The position numbers and the translations under genes are program-made. The notes under the pieces were generated by a model. That model saw only the letters and a program-made list of their open reading frames with translations. It was not told the DNA's origin and searched no databases. Source: Schizochytrium sp. TIO01 (Eukaryota; Protista; Bigyra: Labyrinthulomycetes). From it: DNA of 64,000 bases. Below, one piece after another: positions 53,714 through 64,000 of the stretch (position 1 is the stretch's first letter; each line of letters begins with the position of its first letter). The stretch covers positions 7,906,483 to 7,970,482 of the forward strand of contig SMSO01000032.1 of the NCBI GenBank assembly GCA_004764695.1, given 5' to 3'.

Positions 53714-55036
53714 CTACTCCTGCAAAAACTTAGGAAGATCTGAGAATTTGATCACACGGGTTTGAGGTTGCGGCAAGCCATCGTCAGTCTCAGGGCGCAC
53801 CCAACGCCAGCACATAGTGCCCTGCTTGTGGCCAGTGGTTTCAATCCAAAAGTATGACTTGTCGCTGTCACGAGGGTCGAGACCAAGCTTTTCAGACGGG
53901 TCACTTGTAGTCACAACCACGCGGACAGAGCCATCCTTGCGATAGTTAGCAAGATGTTTGTTAACATGGATTTGGTGATAGCGAAAATCAAGAGCCTCCA
54001 TCCAGTAGTTGTTTAGCTGGAAATTCCAAGTAGAGCATTTTGGGGGCGAAGCAGTGATTACAAGGGCTTCATCATGCTCCAGTTTCCAGTAAGAATGGTA
54101 GTAACGGATGGAGGGATCACCGCCCACTTTGTTAGATAACTCTTGGTCAAAAAGTGGAAGCTGATTGGCATGTTTCTGGAAACCTTTTGCCCATCTAGCA
54201 AACATGATTGGAGCTCCGGCAACAAAGAGACCAGACTTCTTCAAGCCATCCTCAAGTTGCTTTGCTGTAAGAGGCGAGGGTTTGTTCAATCCTCCAACGC
54301 ACTCGATCTCTACCTCAGCAACTATCTCGTTGTCATAGTCTTCACGAGTCTGGCGTACCAGAAGAAGAGCTGCTTCGGGGTCGGTCAGGATCTGCATCCA
54401 GTTCTTCACACCTTCAGGGCGAACATTGGAGATATAAATCTCAAAGGTTCCGTCCTCGTTTTGCTCAAACTCTGCAGCTTCTTTGTAATCCACTGTCTTG
54501 AGACCGCCTGGAGCTCCATATGTTCCAGCCTGAGTTCCGAAGCCAAGGTATTTAACAGTGCCTCGCTTCACACGCAGTTTGTACTCTTTGAGACCACTCA
54601 GATTCGCACTTTGATAGACGTTGTCGGGATTATCTGAGCCAATGTGAATTGGAGCATCGCGCCACCCATTGGCTAATGCCACGAGTCGCGGTGCATCTGT
54701 AGACGAACACTCGACAAAATTTTCAAGTGTCACACGTGCCAAGCGAGATAGGTAACGGTAGCCTTCAGCCTGTGTAAATGCATCGGTTGGGCATCCAGGG
54801 CTAAGCAACGTGGCACCAGCTGCTTTCATGGTGTCGCACCACTCCTCCCAAGCCTTGCCAGTCACCACACGTTTCTCGGCAGCAGTTTCAACATTGAGGC
54901 CACGAAGCTTAAGTACGGTAACATTAAATCGTCTGTACACCTCCATGACTGTTGCAAAGACCCTGTTAACGCCAAATACTGCCACAGAACCTACAGCGAC
55001 CAGGCCAAGGCCCAGAGTTATCTCAAGAATCCGCAT
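53714..55036 (-). CDS. DUF1214-type bacterial-like protein with N-terminal membrane anchor
   Basis: AWEEWCDTMKAAG, AEGYRYLSRL, GSDNPDNVY, WNFQLNNYWMEALDFRY, DGSVRVVV, WIETTGH.QGTMCWRW match motifs I recall from bacterial DUF1214 proteins. Confidence 0.8.
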   Translation of the reverse strand: MRILEITLGLGLVAVGSVAVFGVNRVFATVMEVYRRFNVTVLKLRGLNVETAAEKRVVTGKAWEEWCDTMKAAGATLLSPGCPTDAFTQAEGYRYLSRLARVTLENFVECSSTDAPRLVALANGWRDAPIHIGSDNPDNVYQSANLSGLKEYKLRVKRGTVKYLGFGTQAGTYGAPGGLKTVDYKEAAEFEQNEDGTFEIYISNVRPEGVKNWMQILTDPEAALLLVRQTREDYDNEIVAEVEIECVGGLNKPSPLTAKQLEDGLKKSGLFVAGAPIMFARWAKGFQKHANQLPLFDQELSNKVGGDPSIRYYHSYWKLEHDEALVITASPPKCSTWNFQLNNYWMEALDFRYHQIHVNKHLANYRKDGSVRVVVTTSDPSEKLGLDPRDSDKSYFWIETTGHKQGTMCWRWVRPETDDGLPQPQTRVIKFSDLPKFLQE

Positions 55037-55872
55037 TGCGAACTAAGGCTTGAACCTTGAAATCCGAACCACGCAACTATTGCTTTACTTCTCAACACTG
55101 TGACGTGTCAGATCCAAGGACGTCCTCAAGTGGAAATCTCAGCAAGAGGTATAATCTCTATGGATGCACACACAAGCTTTGGTGTTTGGTGCCTCACCCA
55201 CAGAAGAGCTAGCTCCTCTATCTTCTTTCCTGCACTGAGAATCACAAAATGGATGTGCAGTCCTCAACCAAGCGCGTTGAGGTATGGTAGCGGTTGTTTA
55301 TTATAGGCTTGCGCAAAGATCTGGTAAACCCTCGTTGACCAAGTGAAAGTTTATGACGTAAACTCTAGAAGTTCTCACTCGTTTTTAGGTAGGTATCTAC
55401 CATCTCGTGCTTGAAGAATATTCAACAAGTGAGTGCGTTGTTCATGATCGCGCGCACGTAAATGTTCATTCCGGACTATTTCTTTTTCCATATTAGATAG
55501 GTCTTTTATTTTAAAAGGCCTTCCCTATTTTGAGGAAGCAAAGACCCGGAATTCGCTTACTAGAACAATTTTCTTCACCGTCCTGAAGAACTATCCAATC
55601 TTGGCAACATCAAGGGCACTCTTTAGCACTTCACAACTCGTTGCAGGACGCTTTGAAAACCTTCCCAAAGACGGTCTCCTCAGTTTCTTTGACAGAAAGT
55701 ACACAAGGTACTCGATATCGGTTGGGCTTGCAGGAGTTTTCCAGTTGATTCCTTTTCCGCGGACGAACCTGGCCTCTAGCTAGCTGGATCTTGCTCCTCG
55801 CCTAACTTTGACTTTTCTCTTCGTGAACTGAGTTGAAGCTGGACTTAGCTTCGCTGAAAGAATTCAACGCAA

Positions 55873-56199
55873 ATGTCTCTCGTGCAACTGGAGGGTCCGC
55901 GGGTATATTCCTGCTCTAAGTGCAGAACTCATCTTGCGCATTATGAGGATATTGTGAGTAAGTGCTTTCATGGACGCAGCGGTCGAGCCTACCTTGTGAA
56001 TCAAGCCGTTAACGTTAAGCTGGGGCCCAAAGAGGAGCGCGTGCTCTTGACTGGCCTGCACACCGTCTGCGACGCTATTTGCCAGAATTGTGGCATGGTT
56101 GTGGGCTGGAAATACGAAGCAGCTAACAACCCATCTCAGAGGTACAAAGTTGGAAAATTCATTGTAGAAAAAGCTAAACTGCATCAAGAAGCTTGGTAA
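55873..56199 (+). CDS. YPEL: Yippee-like zinc-binding protein
   Basis: YSCSKCRTHLA, IVSKCFHGRSGRAYL, LTGLHTVCD..CQNC...VGWKYE, QRYKVGKFIVE. Confidence 0.97.
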   Translation: MSLVQLEGPRVYSCSKCRTHLAHYEDIVSKCFHGRSGRAYLVNQAVNVKLGPKEERVLLTGLHTVCDAICQNCGMVVGWKYEAANNPSQRYKVGKFIVEKAKLHQEAW

Positions 56200-56552
56200 G
56201 CAAGCGTTAAGAAAAGGTAATAATCTCAGACCTGCTATCGTCTGAAGGCCGAAGTCAGCGTCTCCTTCCCCTTCTTCAAATCCCTCGGCGTATGTGAATC
56301 TATAGACATGAATATAATGTATCTGCACCTTTTGCAATTTGACAAGGTATGTTTTTTTCAATACATATATTGATGTGTTTTCTTGTCTGGGGTGCACCAA
56401 TGGGCAAATTCAAAGCTTTTATTTGCATTTCCTAAATTGTATGCGAATCGCATGGGACAATTGATAAGGTTATTCTTGAATTAGTGAAAAGATACGAGGT
56501 ATGTGTCCTTTTCTCCAAATACGTCGTGTCATTACCTTGCTGCTGACTAAAG

Positions 56553-58096
56553 TTAGAATCTCTTAGTAACACCCCGACCCTTGGGGTTATCATCCTTCCA
56601 ATCGTCCCAGTTCCGATCTTTTTCTGTAGCCTTGTCTAATAGTTCTTCGTTATCCTCCAGGCCCTGCTCGTGGAGTTGCTTGAGATCTAAAATCTCAGGG
56701 TTTTCTTCACGACTGTGTGTTTGATTAAAAATTGCGTAGCGAAAAATAGTTTGCGTGAGTGGCATGATATGCGTAACACTAAAATTCAAGCACTTACTTT
56801 TCTTTTGCGCGTTTTTCGCGTTCGATGGCATCCCGCATCTCAATTTCAGCAAATTCTTCAATGCTCATGGTAGGTTGACGCCAGCTGGGACGGAAAACTT
56901 GAGCTTGGATAGTTTCTCGAGTCGACAGCATATTTTGGTCGATCCGTGTAACCGTCTATGTAGAGATAATATTATTAAATAGGCGGATAAGGTAAACGGT
57001 AAACAATGTTTGGAGCAAGCAGCAATCGCGAAGTGTTAGAATGAAAACTGTTGAGCATCATAATATGTTGAAGTGTAAACAACAGACAGAGATAGTAAAC
57101 AAAACTTACAATGCCTTTACCCGGTTTGGGGGGTGGAATCGGCGCACTGGCTGGAGTAAACTCGAGCTTCATCTTAGCCATGTGCTCTAAAATCTCTTTT
57201 TCCTTCACAGCAGAGTCAAGCTCATCGAGAGCATCCTTAACAGCACAGTCAAGAGCAACCTCAATCTTCTCACGACCAAGGTCTGCCTGAGCGTCTGCAT
57301 TATCACCTGCTTTTTGCAGACGCGAATTAATCTCTTCCAAACGCTGCTTGGCTTGACGAGCGCGGCGAAAGCGATCCATTTTCATTTCCCGACTCATTTG
57401 TGGGGGTAAAATAGAACCCATGCCACCACCGGCTTCTTGTTGGTCCTGCTGGCGTTGAAACACAGCCAGAGCAGCAAGGTCATGGTCGTCCAACGCACCA
57501 GCCTGTTTGGATGTTTCCAGGAAGGCTTCCAGAAGTGTTGTGCCAGCGTTAACAGCCTGAAGACGCGCGCTTCCTGAAGGGTCTTGGCCAACAACCTTGA
57601 ACTCAAGTTTTCCCGCATAATAGTGAGTCAACAGATACGGGATGGCACTGGGGTCCATGTCAGGAAGCTGTTCGTTCTTAGAGAATATTTGCAATCTTCG
57701 CAAGGCCTCTGCGCAAAGATCCATGTACTTTATGCATCGCGAAATGTCATCTTGAAGAGCCGGATCATTGCCTGCCTTGTCAGTTTTATCAATAGCACCA
57801 TAGAGCGCTTGTGCCTCGCGAAAGGCTACGTGGAGGTCCTCCTCACTAAGAATTAAGAATGTGGCATCTTGCAAGGCCTCGCCACCAGGAGTAAGGCTCG
57901 CTGATGACTTTGTATTTCCTTCTTGGGCGTCTTCAGCTGCTTCTTGGCCCGGATTTTTTAGCCTTCCGGCAGCCTTGAGCTGGATCTCTTCGGCCTCTCG
58001 CAGAAGTGCCTCTTCATCATCATCGAATTCGTCCACGTCTGCAGAAACGAATGCTTCCGATTTCATACGGTTATCCTGAGTGATCTCGTCCGACAT
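56553..58096 (-). CDS. TAP42: TAP42/IGBP1 (alpha4) PP2A regulator; exons 58096-57110, 56955-56798, 56712-56553
   Basis: IFSKNEQLPD, REMKMDRFRR; the spliced middle exon gives QVFRPSWRQPTMSIEEF; C-terminal RNWDDWKDDNPKGRG. Donors GTAAGT at 57109 and 56797, acceptors TAG (56956) and CAG (56713); frame is preserved. Confidence 0.92.
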
Positions 58097-58771
58097 TGTT
58101 CAATCCCTGTCTAGCTCGAGCAGAATTAATTTGCAAGCCTAACGTTTCAACAGAGACCTTCGGAGTCTGGGAGTTGAGATTGACTCACTTGCTCAAATCA
58201 GTTGCCTGCCTGATTCGATTCCCCCTGAGTATCTCACGAGCCCACTAGACCAAGCACCTCTTCACGAATGCCGTGGTTAAATGAACCAGGGTTATGAATC
58301 TGAAGACCTTTATACTCTTGTTGAGACTTTTGTGTTTGGTCCACGCTCAATCCCGCTTTGCTGTTGGCGCGTCTCTCTGGAAATAATGATCAATTGATCA
58401 CTCTCTCCATTTGTTTCTATTATCTCAATTTGTTCCATAGTAGCTTCTCATACACTTCACTTTGCTGCTATATTTTCCTTTAAAGTTTGAGTCTGCCTTT
58501 TACTTATTCTCCTCTTTCCGCTTACTTTATTTATAAACTTTTACTGTTTTCACGAATCGCGAAGAAAAAAAGAAGAAGCGACTCGTATGGAAAACAACAA
58601 TCCAAATCAAATTAATCCAAATCTCAGCAAAACGCAAGTCAGACTCGGGCCACTTTTCGTAGAAGAAAGTGACCTTGAGGCAACCGTACCTCTTCTCTCT
58701 TCTTGTCACCAGAGCTTCTTTGAGTCGCCCTTTCGCGGCTCAGAGCCGCTGGCGAGTTGTTCTTCTCCAAG

Positions 58772-59944
58772 ATGAGCGCCGCAACGCAGCACCACCAGCG
58801 CAACCAAGAGGCCACGTGCCACGTGAGCAATCTCGATCCGCAGGTTACCGAGGATCTTGTGTGGGAGATATTCGTGCAGTGCGGCCCCGTGGCATCTGTG
58901 TTTATGCCCAAGGACAAGGTCACGGGATCACACTATGGTTATGGCTTCGTGGAGTTCAAGCAAGCCTCAGACGCTGTGTATGCACACAAGATTATGAATA
59001 TGGTCAAGGTTTTTGACTCTCCAATGCGAGTGAGTCGGAGTTCTGTGGATAGGGTTGTGGACGTCGGTGCAAACCTCTTCGTGGGCAACCTGGATCCCAT
59101 GGTTGACGACAAACTTCTCTACGACACATTTTCCTCCTTTGGCACCGTGCTCAAGGCCTCGGTGAAGGCGGGGGCTGGGCCTGCTGCTAGCAAATCCAAT
59201 TTTGATGCTTCAGGTGGTTCAAGTTGCATTGGGTTCGTGACGTACGATTCTTTCGAGGCCTCAGACCTCGCTGTACAGTGCATGAATGGCCAATTCCTCT
59301 GCAATAGACAAATCCGAGTACAGTACGCCCTCAAGAAGGGCTCTAAGACCGAGCGCCACGGATCTCAGGCCGAGCGTCTTTTGGCTGCTGAAATGCAGGC
59401 CAAACGTGGAAAGTCCACTTTTACAAACGACAAATTCTCGTTGAGAAATCCTAGCGAAGCTGCTTCTGGGCAGCAAATTCCTCCCCAAAGCAACGCAACA
59501 AATGGCTTCCTACCGATGCAATACACTATGCCCCCCCCGCCGATGCCTGCGCCACCTCCACTCCCAGCGTATCAAGCTTGGGGGCAAGCCCAACAGCCAC
59601 ACCATCACCAGCAGCAGCAACAGCCGCAAGGTTACTACGGGGCCCCTCAGTTTCCAATGCCTCCGCCATCTTATTCGCCGCAGGGAATGATGCCTATGGG
59701 TCGTGCCCCGCCTCTAATGCCTGCTCCACCCCCTTTGCCGCAACAATATATGAGTGTTCCTACATATGGGGGCAATGGACAACGTGGTCGTGGTGGTGGC
59801 GGTCGGAGGAGCCCTGCTCACCAAAACAATAACAATAGAAACAATAACCGCGGAGGCCGTGGATATCAACAGGCACCAAGAGCGCCTGCACCCCCGCCCA
59901 TGCCGCGACCGCCTGCTCCACCTCCACCGCCCCCATCTTCTTGA
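58772..59944 (+). CDS. SF3B4: Splicing factor 3B subunit 4 (SAP49/Hsh49)
   Basis: RNQEAT..SNLD, MPKDKVT, YGFVEF, DVGANLFVGNLD..VDDKLLYDTFSSFG, MNGQFLCNR, ERHGSQAERLLA, Pro-rich tail. Confidence 0.96.
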   Translation: MSAATQHHQRNQEATCHVSNLDPQVTEDLVWEIFVQCGPVASVFMPKDKVTGSHYGYGFVEFKQASDAVYAHKIMNMVKVFDSPMRVSRSSVDRVVDVGANLFVGNLDPMVDDKLLYDTFSSFGTVLKASVKAGAGPAASKSNFDASGGSSCIGFVTYDSFEASDLAVQCMNGQFLCNRQIRVQYALKKGSKTERHGSQAERLLAAEMQAKRGKSTFTNDKFSLRNPSEAASGQQIPPQSNATNGFLPMQYTMPPPPMPAPPPLPAYQAWGQAQQPHHHQQQQQPQGYYGAPQFPMPPPSYSPQGMMPMGRAPPLMPAPPPLPQQYMSVPTYGGNGQRGRGGGGRRSPAHQNNNNRNNNRGGRGYQQAPRAPAPPPMPRPPAPPPPPPSS

Positions 59945-60509
59945 TGAATGTTAGTAAACTACCGTTGATAAACTAAAACATGCGCCAAAACTGTAGAACC
60001 TATATTGTTAGAATTGTTACATGAACTAGGGATGTCGTGACTTAATTTTTGCAACTCAAGGAAAATCTTCTACAACCTCTCGTATCCCTTTAAGTCCTTT
60101 ATTTCTTACTATATAAAAATAGATCAAATTTTACATTTTGACACTCTTAAAGTTATACAAAACAGTGCCGATTCGTTTCTGTTTAAAATGAGTGCTACAA
60201 CTTATTTTTCGATTATTTTTGACTAAATCAAAGGAAAACCCCTCTTTTGGATCGTTAAATTCATGTTTCCAAAAGAATTGGTCAGAGTTATCTGCAAGGT
60301 TAATTTAATAAAAGAAATAAAATGAAAAAAAGGGTATGTGAAGGAGTATGTCTCCAAAATTAGAGGCTCAGCTCAATACCTTTGAATATAAGGAAAAGAA
60401 AGGTTCATCATAGAAAGACCGAATTACAGCATTACAACGACACAGACATCGTCACTCTTCAAGTGTTTAAGTTTGGTTTATAGGGAACGAGGATTGGAAT
60501 CACATCTTA

Positions 60510-62732
60510 TCATTCCGAGGTGGATGAGTCAGCGGCCATGGCCGAGGAAAGGAATGCGGGAGTGTCCGCAAAGCCCTTGCGCGCAACGTTGTGCTTGTTG
60601 GCAGGCATGTTCTTATACTTGTCAACCAGGGAGCGAACGAGGCTGCAGCGGTACAGGAGGCGGCTATCGCCTTGAATCTCCTCATGGAAACTAGCACCAC
60701 GAAGGCGGTTCTTCAGCATCTGTGGGGTTGGCTTACTCTGCAAGTTGACACGTGATGCGTCCTCAGTTGAAATGTGAAAGATCTTGTTGCTTCCCATGAG
60801 AGCCTCGTCCTGAATCTCGCCGTTACTCAGTTTATCACAGTAGTGCACCAGGTCACTGGCAATCTTCTCAGAGACAACAGAGTCTCCCTTGTAGTCCGGG
60901 TGCTTCTGAACAAACTCTCGCATCCATGTGGCAGTGGTCGGAAGCTCGCCGCGGGAACGCGCAATGAGGAGATCCATGTATGTGTTGACGAGCTCAACAG
61001 TCTCTGCATCTGCCTCCATAATCTCAAGGTAGGCGGAGATGAGAGGAAAGAGACCCGGGAACTCCTCACCCTTGCCAGTGAGAATCTCGGCAATAGTCAT
61101 CTCGGTATACTCCTCCTCGACAGGGGTGTTGGCAGGGCGTTGGGTGCCAGGGTTCTGCTCATCATCGCACTGCTCGCTGAGGACAAGGAGGTCCTTGCGG
61201 AAGAAGAACTTCTGCTCAAGCACAGCGTTGCGTTCGTGGGCGCGACGCATGTTCTCATCAACCTTGGAAATGGGCACATACAAAGTGAGGTCAAAAAAGA
61301 GAATGACACGGGTGATGAGAACAATGATGGTGATGTAAGCTGCGTCTTCAAAGTCAGTCAATTGTTTCTCCATAGGACGGAATTCAACGCGCCAGCCAGT
61401 CTTCACATCAAGCCCAGGCGGCTTCCAGCGCATGGTGTTCCAGTTGGTACTCTGGATGTTTTCAAAGTGTTCGGTGGACAGCTTGTCGTCAACCTGACTG
61501 ATTCGCTCGCTAAAGACCACGAGAGGGTCGCGAACAAAGAGATGGGCAACGTGGCGGGCCAGGGGCTCATCGATACCGTTCTCCAGCAACGTCTTGAGAG
61601 CCTTATCGTTGAGCTCCATTGCACCATCATTGTACTCTGGGCGAAGGCTAGGCTCAGTAGAGATGAAGCAATCGATCGAGTCATAGCGTGATTTGGAAAT
61701 GCGTTGAGTTCCACGCTGTGGGACCTTGGCTCCGGGAAGAATGCACGGCTCATCAGCAGCACCGAGGTTTACAGGTGTGCGACAGTCAACGCTCTGCGCA
61801 ATAACTTGCCAGCGGACGTCAGTGTCCACGAGCATACCCTTGAAAATTGGAGCAGCGGCACTCAGCGCGAGGAAGATCGGGCAGAGCATGGCCAGTTGAT
61901 CGTAGAGGATGCGGGACTCACGGAGATCACGTGCCTGAAAGGTAACCTGGAGGCAGCAGCATCCCATACCAAAACCCATAGCGTCCATATACACCTGATC
62001 TGGGCGAGTCTGCGTCTCACTCAGGTTATCAAGGGACCTGACGGCGAAAGTCTTGCCCGAAGTAGTGTCCGGGTCAAGGCTTGTGTTCTTGTCCATGAAG
62101 AGCGGCAGGCGGATATCAACCTTCTTTCCACGGCGGAGGCGGATGTTGCGCGTGAGTGTGGCAAAGCGCGGGTGCGGGTTGATGAGCTCGTCAGGCAAGA
62201 AATAAGATTCTGCTACAGATCCATGAGGCTTGAGGCCCTCGGGCACGCAAAAATCACCACAGCCCATGAGTGGCCAGGCCACAAGAGAAGAAAGACCTTC
62301 ACCGGGCTCGAGAGCTGAGACAATTCGGCGACGGCGGTAGCGAAGACTCGTTTCGACGTGCTGAAGATCTTCAGAAAACCCGCCGTAAGGGCCATACGGA
62401 GTAGCTTCAATCATCCACGCGCCATACTCAGGGTGCCAGGTCGCCTGCGGGACAATCTGCTTTTCTTTGAAAAGTTCCTCGTCCTCAGCATTAAGCTTGG
62501 CAAGGAGATCATGTGCGCGAAGGCTCAGCTTAACCTTGCCATCAGGCATTGTCTTGAACACGTGAAACTCAAGCTCATCACCCCACAGAAGGACGTCGTT
62601 CTTGCGGTCCTTCACCTTGTGGTACACCTCAAGAAATTGCACAATACCGTGCTCAATCACATAGTCCAGAATCGCGTGGTACTCAGGAGTGTCCTCCCAT
62701 CGCATGGGGCTGCCGCTCTCCAGGAAGCCCAT
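60510..62732 (-). CDS. GCLC: Glutamate-cysteine ligase catalytic subunit (animal/fungal type)
   Basis: MGFL..G.P..W, LLWGDELE, WHPEYGAWMIEATP, HPRFATLTRNIR.RRG.KV, YMDAMGFGMGCCCLQVTFQ, KSRYDSID, HFENIQSTNW, GWRVEFRPME. Confidence 0.98.
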   Translation of the reverse strand: MGFLESGSPMRWEDTPEYHAILDYVIEHGIVQFLEVYHKVKDRKNDVLLWGDELEFHVFKTMPDGKVKLSLRAHDLLAKLNAEDEELFKEKQIVPQATWHPEYGAWMIEATPYGPYGGFSEDLQHVETSLRYRRRRIVSALEPGEGLSSLVAWPLMGCGDFCVPEGLKPHGSVAESYFLPDELINPHPRFATLTRNIRLRRGKKVDIRLPLFMDKNTSLDPDTTSGKTFAVRSLDNLSETQTRPDQVYMDAMGFGMGCCCLQVTFQARDLRESRILYDQLAMLCPIFLALSAAAPIFKGMLVDTDVRWQVIAQSVDCRTPVNLGAADEPCILPGAKVPQRGTQRISKSRYDSIDCFISTEPSLRPEYNDGAMELNDKALKTLLENGIDEPLARHVAHLFVRDPLVVFSERISQVDDKLSTEHFENIQSTNWNTMRWKPPGLDVKTGWRVEFRPMEKQLTDFEDAAYITIIVLITRVILFFDLTLYVPISKVDENMRRAHERNAVLEQKFFFRKDLLVLSEQCDDEQNPGTQRPANTPVEEEYTEMTIAEILTGKGEEFPGLFPLISAYLEIMEADAETVELVNTYMDLLIARSRGELPTTATWMREFVQKHPDYKGDSVVSEKIASDLVHYCDKLSNGEIQDEALMGSNKIFHISTEDASRVNLQSKPTPQMLKNRLRGASFHEEIQGDSRLLYRCSLVRSLVDKYKNMPANKHNVARKGFADTPAFLSSAMAADSSTSE

Positions 62733-64000
62733 GGTGCCGACACAGGTTTTGGTTTGATTGCTTTTCTGCTCCTCTTCCCAGGCCTTTGTCTTCTTCTTCT
62801 TCGCCTTATATCGCCTTCTGTCGCCTTCAAGGTGCTATACACTGCTACTGCTATTACTCCCTATTTTGCTATTGTTATCCCTATATGATGCTAGTGCCCT
62901 CGAGTGCCCTAGCTTTTGATCACCGCTCTTTCTCTGCTTGAAAGGAAGATCAATGAATCTCCGCTCCGGCACGTTCAACAAGACGATCCAAGTGGTCTTT
63001 ATGAATTTCTTGGGACGTGATTGGGGCTATGCTTCTTTGTTTAGGCCAGTGGGCAAAGAAGGGGAAGTCTTCTTAGTTCACGAGGTTTATGATGAGGAGC
63101 ACAAATTGAGGTCTACGCGGCCGTTTGCGCAGGAAATTCCGAGATTCCGCTCGGCAAATGTGCACGGCAAACGTCACTCACTACTGCTAAGGGTAGCGGC
63201 AAAGCAATCTTTTGCCGAGGTTCCTTCGTCAATCTTGATCTGTGCCGTCGCGTATGTTCACAAGTACAGAATAAACCGCCAGGAGGTCCGGATTTAAGAT
63301 CTTTGAACAGGTTTATTTCGAAGTTGGACTCGAAAACTTTGAACTTAAAACTTAAGCTTGGACTCAAACTCAGCCTCGGCTTCGTCAAGGCTTTTGCTTG
63401 ATCCAGTTTAGGAAGAAGACAAGAGCAATAGCAACAGCAACGAATAAAACCTACAAGACTAAGCACCTCGATGCAAACCAAGGCAGCTTAGATCTTATCT
63501 TCTTTTGTCTCCTCGCCGCTATTTTGCCAGAGCCCGAGCGGGGTCTCTCAAGACGCTCCCGACGACGACGCTTAACCCCTGGAGCAAGCAGACAAGCTTG
63601 CCAGTTGTGAAGCCAGCTACCACGCAGGCAGGCTAGCACCTCGTGCAGCCGCACAAGTTCCTCGCCGGCCAGGCCTCGTGGACCTCGCTGTCTCCAGCCT
63701 CGTTCGCAGTTTGTTTGGCCTTGGTCCCTCTCGCGAGCCTCGAGGCTCCTGCTCTGTGTGTTTCTTTCATCTCCTCTCTTCTCTTCTTTTCTTCTCTCTG
63801 AACGAAACAGAAAGAAATAGCTCAGGTACCTTAGTACCTACCTACTCGTACCTAACCTAGTAGAAACAGCCATCCTGGAAATCAATCCCTCTTTTCTGTC
63901 TATTCTTGAAGTTTCAAGTTAGAGCTCAATTGGACTTTGAGCTCAAAACTCAAATTCAGTTCCAAATTCGGGTTGAAATTTCAAAAACCAACTTCAAACT

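Noticed and set aside
55954-55962. Intron donor GTGAGT in Yippee
   Set aside because: The unspliced frame gives the conserved IVSK.F.G..GRAYL motif.
60774-62888. Long plus-strand ORFs opposite GCLC
   Set aside because: Antisense shadows caused by strong codon bias.

Overview
Eukaryotic, intron-poor, moderate-GC genomic window. Gene content, compact GT-AG introns and intergenic style suggest a heterotrophic stramenopile, probably a thraustochytrid (Aurantiochytrium-like); this is inference. About 16 protein genes are supported: partial GT4 glycosyltransferase, alpha/beta hydrolase, an orphan, WW+SPIN90/Ldb17, SPT6, HUS1 (1 intron), TLC-domain protein, TPT-family transporter, a 2984-aa multi-domain membrane protein, a TolA/ABP34-like coiled coil, WD40 protein, bacterial-type DUF1214 protein, Yippee, TAP42/IGBP1 (2 introns), SF3B4 and GCLC. 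The most unusual element is a nested tandem array at about 3.45-7.25 kb. Its 428-514 bp units carry a 9-bp VNTR and ~60-70 bp modules made of a constant CTGGTATATATGA linker plus different hairpins. A diverged copy of these hairpins shows compensatory substitutions, and a decayed coding fragment sits between repeat copies. Next to it is an ~8 kb gene-free tract with DNA-transposon relics (pogo/Tigger, possibly hAT). Other highlights are apparent nested domain insertion and a fibronectin type II module in the giant membrane protein, a +1 frame break in the Gly-rich SPT6 tail, and a structured ~190-nt element next to a stop-riddled ORF relic at 34-35 kb. No rRNA, tRNA or CRISPR array is supported.
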